Shown in pieces: positions 59,645 through 64,000 of a DNA stretch of 64,000 nt. Both the position numbers and the translations under genes were made by a program. The first letter of the stretch is position 1; every line of letters begins with the position of its first letter. The notes under the pieces are model-generated. The model saw only the letters and a program-made list of their open reading frames with translations. It was not told where the DNA came from and did no database searches. Source of the stretch: Desulfatiglandales bacterium (GTDB taxonomy: Bacteria > Desulfobacterota > DSM-4660 > Desulfatiglandales > Desulfatiglandaceae); NCBI GenBank assembly GCA_963666345.1, contig OY762721.1, positions 1,984,001 through 2,048,000 of the forward strand, written 5' to 3'.

Positions 59645-59890
59645 ATACTTAAAAATTATAGGAGGTTAAACATCCGGCAGAAATCTCATGCACCTTGGTT
59701 GCATATCTATAAAGAAACGAAACGTTTTTTATGCATGAGCGATACGAGTTTATCTTCAAGATCATAAGATCCGAGGTATCCGTACCATGGAATACCGCAT
59801 GAGCATATGTGGGATTCCTCTATATTGCATATGGTTCAGTCACTGAACTGGAAACCGTGAGCCATGATATTGGGTCAGTCGGGTTATCCT
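59645..59890 (+). pseudogene. Decayed four-helix-bundle (23S rRNA IVP/S23-like) gene between inverted octamer arrays
   Basis: LKNYRRLNIRQKSH...IYKETKRF / HERYE...IIRSEVSVPWNTA* / FLYIAYGSVTELET. Confidence 0.72.
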
Positions 59891-59976
59891 CGAACCCTTG
59901 AATCCTGGAACCCTTGGACCCTCTTCGACAACTAAGTTGGAGAAAAAGCATAATATTAAAATTCGGAGAAGCGATA

Positions 59977-60741
59977 GTGTTTAAAGACAAAAAGGTCATC
60001 GTGGTCATGCCGGCCTACAATGCTGAAAAGACCCTGCGGAAAACGCACAAAGAGGTCCTGGATCAGCAGATAGTGGATCTGATCATACTGGTGGATGACG
60101 GAAGCTCCGACAGGACGGTAAAGGTTGCTGAAACCCTGCCTGATACGATGGTGTTCGTTCATGAAAAAAACAGGGGGTACGGGGCAAACCAGAAGAGCTG
60201 CTACCGTCTTGCGCTTGAGCAGGGTGCGGATATAGTAGTAATGGTGCATCCCGACTACCAGTACACCCCTAAGCTGATCCCGGCAATGGCCTCTTTAATC
60301 GGAAACGGGCTTTACCATTGCGTGCTCGGCTCAAGGGTCCTTGGCGGTCAGGCCCTGAAAGGAGGCATGCCCTGGTGGAAATACCTTTCAAACAGGGTCC
60401 TTACCATGGCTGAAAACCTCCTGACCGGGGCAAAGCTGTCCGAATATCACACAGGCTACAGGGCCTTTTCAAGAAAGCTCCTCGAGCAGTTGCCGCTTGA
60501 GCAGAATTCAGATGATTTTGTGTTTGACAACCAGATGCTTGCCCAGATCATCCGGCTCGGTCACACCATAGGAGAGATAAGCTGCCCCGCCAAATACTTT
60601 GAAGACGCCTCTTCCATAAACCTTTCACGCAGCATCAGGTACGGCATGGGCTGCCTGGGGGTGGCCTTGAGCTTTTTTGCGGCCCGGGTGGGACTCACAA
60701 AAGAGAGAAGGTTAAAAAAAAGGGTCCCAGGAGCCAAGTGA
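59977..60741 (+). CDS. GT2 glycosyltransferase (polyprenyl-phosphate sugar synthase-like)
   Basis: VMPAYN, VDDGSSD, NRGYG, HPDYQY, EYHTGYRAF; GTG start. Confidence 0.9.
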   Translation: MFKDKKVIVVMPAYNAEKTLRKTHKEVLDQQIVDLIILVDDGSSDRTVKVAETLPDTMVFVHEKNRGYGANQKSCYRLALEQGADIVVMVHPDYQYTPKLIPAMASLIGNGLYHCVLGSRVLGGQALKGGMPWWKYLSNRVLTMAENLLTGAKLSEYHTGYRAFSRKLLEQLPLEQNSDDFVFDNQMLAQIIRLGHTIGEISCPAKYFEDASSINLSRSIRYGMGCLGVALSFFAARVGLTKERRLKKRVPGAK

Positions 60742-60938
60742 ACCACGAAGAAACAGCATGTTTTTTCTCCGTGTTCTCTGTGGTTTCTGTGAGAAATAAA
60801 AGGCATTTGAACTTCAGGCCCCAACTGGTGAAACTGAAACCGCTGTTCAACTTTTGGGAAGCAAACGAAGCTTTTGATTTGCCAATGTCGGGAGAGTAAA
60901 AATATTTTTGACAACAGGTTTTAAGGGTACGTTACAGG

Positions 60939-60968
60939 AGAAACGCATAAAATCATGGGCGTCCCCCT
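60939..60968 (+). repeat. Solo copy of the RAYT terminal repeat (29/30)
   Basis: AGAAACGCATAAAATCATGGGCGTCCCCCT. Confidence 0.9.
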
Positions 60969-60991
60969 TTTTTGACTGGCAACGCAGTCGG

Positions 60992-62113
60992 CTATTTTTC
61001 CCACGGGCCGCTGGATGGTTCGGGAAAAACCGCGAATCTCCGGCCTATGAAATTACCGACAAGACCTGCCGTGCTTGCAGAAAGCTTTGCGATAAAAGGC
61101 CAAAAGCCAATCGACATTAAAGAGCTTGTGATGACAAGGTCCAATAAAACCATAAAACAGACAACCAGAAAATATATGAACACTTCCATAGCTGAATTCC
61201 ATTTTGCCCGGTGCCTGAACAAAAGCTTAATACATAAAATATAGTTTACAGCCGCAGCAAAAATAAACGCAACCGGGGCAGCCACAAACACCTCAAGATC
61301 AAACCGTAACAACAGAAGGAATACCGCAAGGTTTACAAGCGCCGCAGTACCGCCGATAAAGAGGTAAAAGAGGAATTGAACCGGAACAGGCGCCCTGTAT
61401 GCATTGTACCTGAAGATGCAGTACAACGCCCTGAAACCGTCTTTTACCCCTATTTTTTTACCTTCCCCGTAGGTCCTGCCATAATAGGATATCCCCATTT
61501 CAAAAATTCTTACCCTCATGTGAGCGACTTTTGCCACTATCTCCGGCTCAAAGCCGAAGCGGTTTTCCCTGATATCGATCTGTTCAATTATCTCTCTTTT
61601 AAAGACCTTGTAGCAGGTCTCCATATCGGTCAGGTTCAGGTCGGTAAACATATTGGAAATAAATGTAAGAAACCTGTTTCCCATGTAGTGCCAGAAGTGG
61701 AACACCCTGTGCGCACCCCTGGAAAGGAATCTTGAACCGAAAACTACATCGGCCCTGTCTTCAATTATTGGAATTATCAGTCTCTTAAGGTCTTGCGGAT
61801 CGTATTCCAGATCCGCATCCTGAACAGCCACAAGGTCCCCGGTTGCATGCCGGAATCCGGTACGCAGTGCCGCACCCTTACCGGCATTTTCTTTGTGGGA
61901 TACCACCCTTATGTTCTGAAATACCTTATGAAGTTCCTGCGCTATGGCAGGGCTTTTATCGGATGATCCATCATTTACGATTATTACTTCCAGGATTAAA
62001 GAATCATCTTCAATTTCGAGTAGTTTTCGAATGCATTTCTCAAGAGTCGCTTCTTCATTATAGCAGGGGACCACTACACTCAGCTTCATAGCTTTTTCAG
62101 GTGTTTTCTTCAT
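60992..62113 (-). CDS. GT2 (DPM1-like) glycosyltransferase fused to a GtrA flippase domain
   Basis: PCYNE, NDGSSD, QDADLEYDP, TDMETCYK; C-terminal 4-TM GtrA-like domain. Confidence 0.9.
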   Translation of the reverse strand: MKKTPEKAMKLSVVVPCYNEEATLEKCIRKLLEIEDDSLILEVIIVNDGSSDKSPAIAQELHKVFQNIRVVSHKENAGKGAALRTGFRHATGDLVAVQDADLEYDPQDLKRLIIPIIEDRADVVFGSRFLSRGAHRVFHFWHYMGNRFLTFISNMFTDLNLTDMETCYKVFKREIIEQIDIRENRFGFEPEIVAKVAHMRVRIFEMGISYYGRTYGEGKKIGVKDGFRALYCIFRYNAYRAPVPVQFLFYLFIGGTAALVNLAVFLLLLRFDLEVFVAAPVAFIFAAAVNYILCIKLLFRHRAKWNSAMEVFIYFLVVCFMVLLDLVITSSLMSIGFWPFIAKLSASTAGLVGNFIGRRFAVFPEPSSGPWEK

Positions 62114-62133
62114 TAGATAACACAACCCATATC

Positions 62134-62285
62134 GATGGACTCGTAACAAGTCATAATTGAGACGGCAAAGTAAAAAGTCCCAAATGCAAGGCCTGCGAAT
62201 CTTGAGGAATGAGGCGTACGTACAGTACGTCGCAATGACGAAAGATGAAGCATAACGCAGCAGTTGGACTTTTTACGAAGCCGTC
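62134..62285 (+). mobile_element. 152-bp MITE (family C), copy 2
   Basis: Same length and highly similar to 54636-54787; flanks CATATC/CATATT. Confidence 0.88.
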
Positions 62286-62296
62286 CATATTGATTA

Positions 62297-63811
62297 TCAT
62301 ACCTCCGGATGTCCTTTTTTTATATACAATACAGATCCCTTATCCTGGTAAACCTTCATCCATCCCGGCTCCTTTTGAAGAAGAAGGTTCAATTTCGATC
62401 TTGTTTTTATCAATATCATTTCATGGGGATACTTTGTCAGAAAATTTCTCCATTTTTTTCTGCCATATATAAATTCAAAATATTCCTCGCTATAGGTTTC
62501 CGTATATACGGTTTCATACCTCCCGTCCATTCCCACCAGGCAGCCTGGGTATAAACTCCAGGCGATATATTCCCCCCATTCAAAAAGGGGCAGCAGATTG
62601 CCTTTAAATCCATTGTGCTTGATATATTCGACCGCCCCTGTGGGGAAATAAAACCCCGATAGCCCAACATCTTCCACAGATGCCGACCTGAGATTTAATG
62701 GATTATCAGAAATGATATTTTTGAAAAAAGAGACTGAAGCATCAGCAAAAATAAGGGATAAAAATATGATAAAAACAATTTTTATTCGCCTTAAACCGTG
62801 ACCGACATTATGACTCTTAATCAGTTTCGTACAAAAATCAGTGAAAATCAAAGGCATGAATATCATAAAGGATATTGCGAAAAACACCATGTGCCGAATA
62901 TGCGACACTCCCAGATAGGCCGTTATCGCCAGCATCAGGAAAGGTGTAACTTCCCTCTTTTTATACCAGACAAAAACAGCCAGGCATATTGCGATGGAGA
63001 CGGAAAATAAAATTGCCTGCTCAAGATAAAGCCCGTTTTTAAGACAATAAAAAAGGGAGCGCCATTCCCCTATATTCGACCGGGGCATTAAGATTGCGTT
63101 TGTGATATAGGTCCAGTAATCCAACCCGTAAGGATTAACAAGAGTAACAGCCAGAGACAGGCCCATTATACCGAGATAAGGCAGGAATTTCCTTTTCGAC
63201 AGGGCCTCGCCAAATGAATAGACTCCAATAATCGCAATGCCTGCGACAAAGCCTCCGTGCAGGTTACACCACAGCAACTGAACAGGCAGAAGCCACAAAA
63301 GGCATTTATATTGATTGCTTTTTCTGGCTCTCTCCAACAGATACACTGTAAGAGCAAAAAAGAGATAGGTAAAAACCTGTGCCCTTACAGGACCATAACC
63401 ATACGAAAAAATTTTCAGACTCAATAGAAGAGTGACGGCGAATGAAACGAAATCAGATCCCCTTTTCCTGGAAGTCAAATAGGCAATGAACAAGGTCAGA
63501 AGTGCTAAAGCATATTTTAAAACCTGCAGCCCGGCAGCGCCGGTTGCCTTATACACAGGGAAAAACAGCACTCCCGTCAACCATTCATGATATACCCACA
63601 GATCTCTTGTAGGGGCATACGAAAAAATATCCTTATAAGGAAACCCTTTTCCTTCCCAGAATAGTCTGCCGAAAGCAAGGTAACCCCAGAGATCAAAATC
63701 AGCAAACGTGCCATGCAGGCAGTTGAAGGCAAATATTAAAGACCCGACTGAAACAAGCAATTTATTCAGATTGAAACTTGACTGACTCTCTTCTAAAGCC
63801 ATGGAAACCAC
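62297..63811 (-). CDS. Polytopic membrane protein, GT-C-like
   Basis: DLWGYLAFGR, HEWL, LWCNLHGGF, NPYG, MDGR motifs. Confidence 0.7.
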   Translation of the reverse strand: MVSMALEESQSSFNLNKLLVSVGSLIFAFNCLHGTFADFDLWGYLAFGRLFWEGKGFPYKDIFSYAPTRDLWVYHEWLTGVLFFPVYKATGAAGLQVLKYALALLTLFIAYLTSRKRGSDFVSFAVTLLLSLKIFSYGYGPVRAQVFTYLFFALTVYLLERARKSNQYKCLLWLLPVQLLWCNLHGGFVAGIAIIGVYSFGEALSKRKFLPYLGIMGLSLAVTLVNPYGLDYWTYITNAILMPRSNIGEWRSLFYCLKNGLYLEQAILFSVSIAICLAVFVWYKKREVTPFLMLAITAYLGVSHIRHMVFFAISFMIFMPLIFTDFCTKLIKSHNVGHGLRRIKIVFIIFLSLIFADASVSFFKNIISDNPLNLRSASVEDVGLSGFYFPTGAVEYIKHNGFKGNLLPLFEWGEYIAWSLYPGCLVGMDGRYETVYTETYSEEYFEFIYGRKKWRNFLTKYPHEMILIKTRSKLNLLLQKEPGWMKVYQDKGSVLYIKKGHPEV

Positions 63812-64000
63812 CTTGATTATTTAACTGGTTATAATATATATATCGCAACATGTTCTTTTTTCCACATTTATCTATAACCGCTGCCGTGAAGATGCAAAAG
63901 GATGGTCTGCCGATTCAGTCAAAAGCGCCCCTTGCATGGAAATTGTGAAAATGGATGCTGAAAGTCCCAAGAAACTTCATTACACTAAAGAGAGGTTAGC

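Noticed and set aside
23122..59890. Diversity-generating retroelement, since four-helix-bundle proteins are Avd-like
   Set aside because: No reverse transcriptase and no TR/VR pair with adenine-specific mismatches was seen.
43928..60968. 30-bp direct repeats as a CRISPR array
   Set aside because: Spacing is 1.3-11.5 kb with whole genes in between, and no cas genes are present.

Overview
A 64-kb bacterial window. Gene content and style suggest a sulfate-reducing or syntrophic Desulfobacterota ('deltaproteobacterial') genome; this is inference, not a database result. The left two-thirds is mostly housekeeping: partial YjbH/GfcD, waaA, a TPM-nucleotidyltransferase-LemA-Smr run, an acetylene-hydratase-family molybdopterin enzyme, FadH-like oxidoreductase, NamZ, two CLC-CBS transporters, the tolQRAB-pal-cpoB operon, moeA/moeA-PBP/modE-like/mobB, two GNATs, MscS, a heterodimeric ABC exporter and an MFS transporter. 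Two genes carry single-base frameshifts that are probably sequencing errors. From about 42.8 kb the region is accessory. (1) A RAYT-type Y1 transposase is bracketed by perfect 30-bp inverted repeats, and three more solo copies of that repeat lie downstream. (2) An intact IS1111-type IS110 element has a right non-coding end that reads directly as a two-loop bridge/seek RNA. Its guides match its own circle junction and the dispersed GGGTTCAAG-type repeat it inserted into. (3) A UbiA, Lgt-like and PAP2 trio. (4) An ECF sigma/anti-sigma-led minor-pilin operon ends in an unusual 1179-aa PilW-like + CFI-box + PilX-like fusion with a second, internal prepilin site. (5) A GT2/GtrA/GT-C glycosylation locus. 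Intergenic spaces hold several MITE/REP-like families, nested palindromic insertions and three decayed four-helix-bundle genes. No rRNA, tRNA or CRISPR array was recognised.
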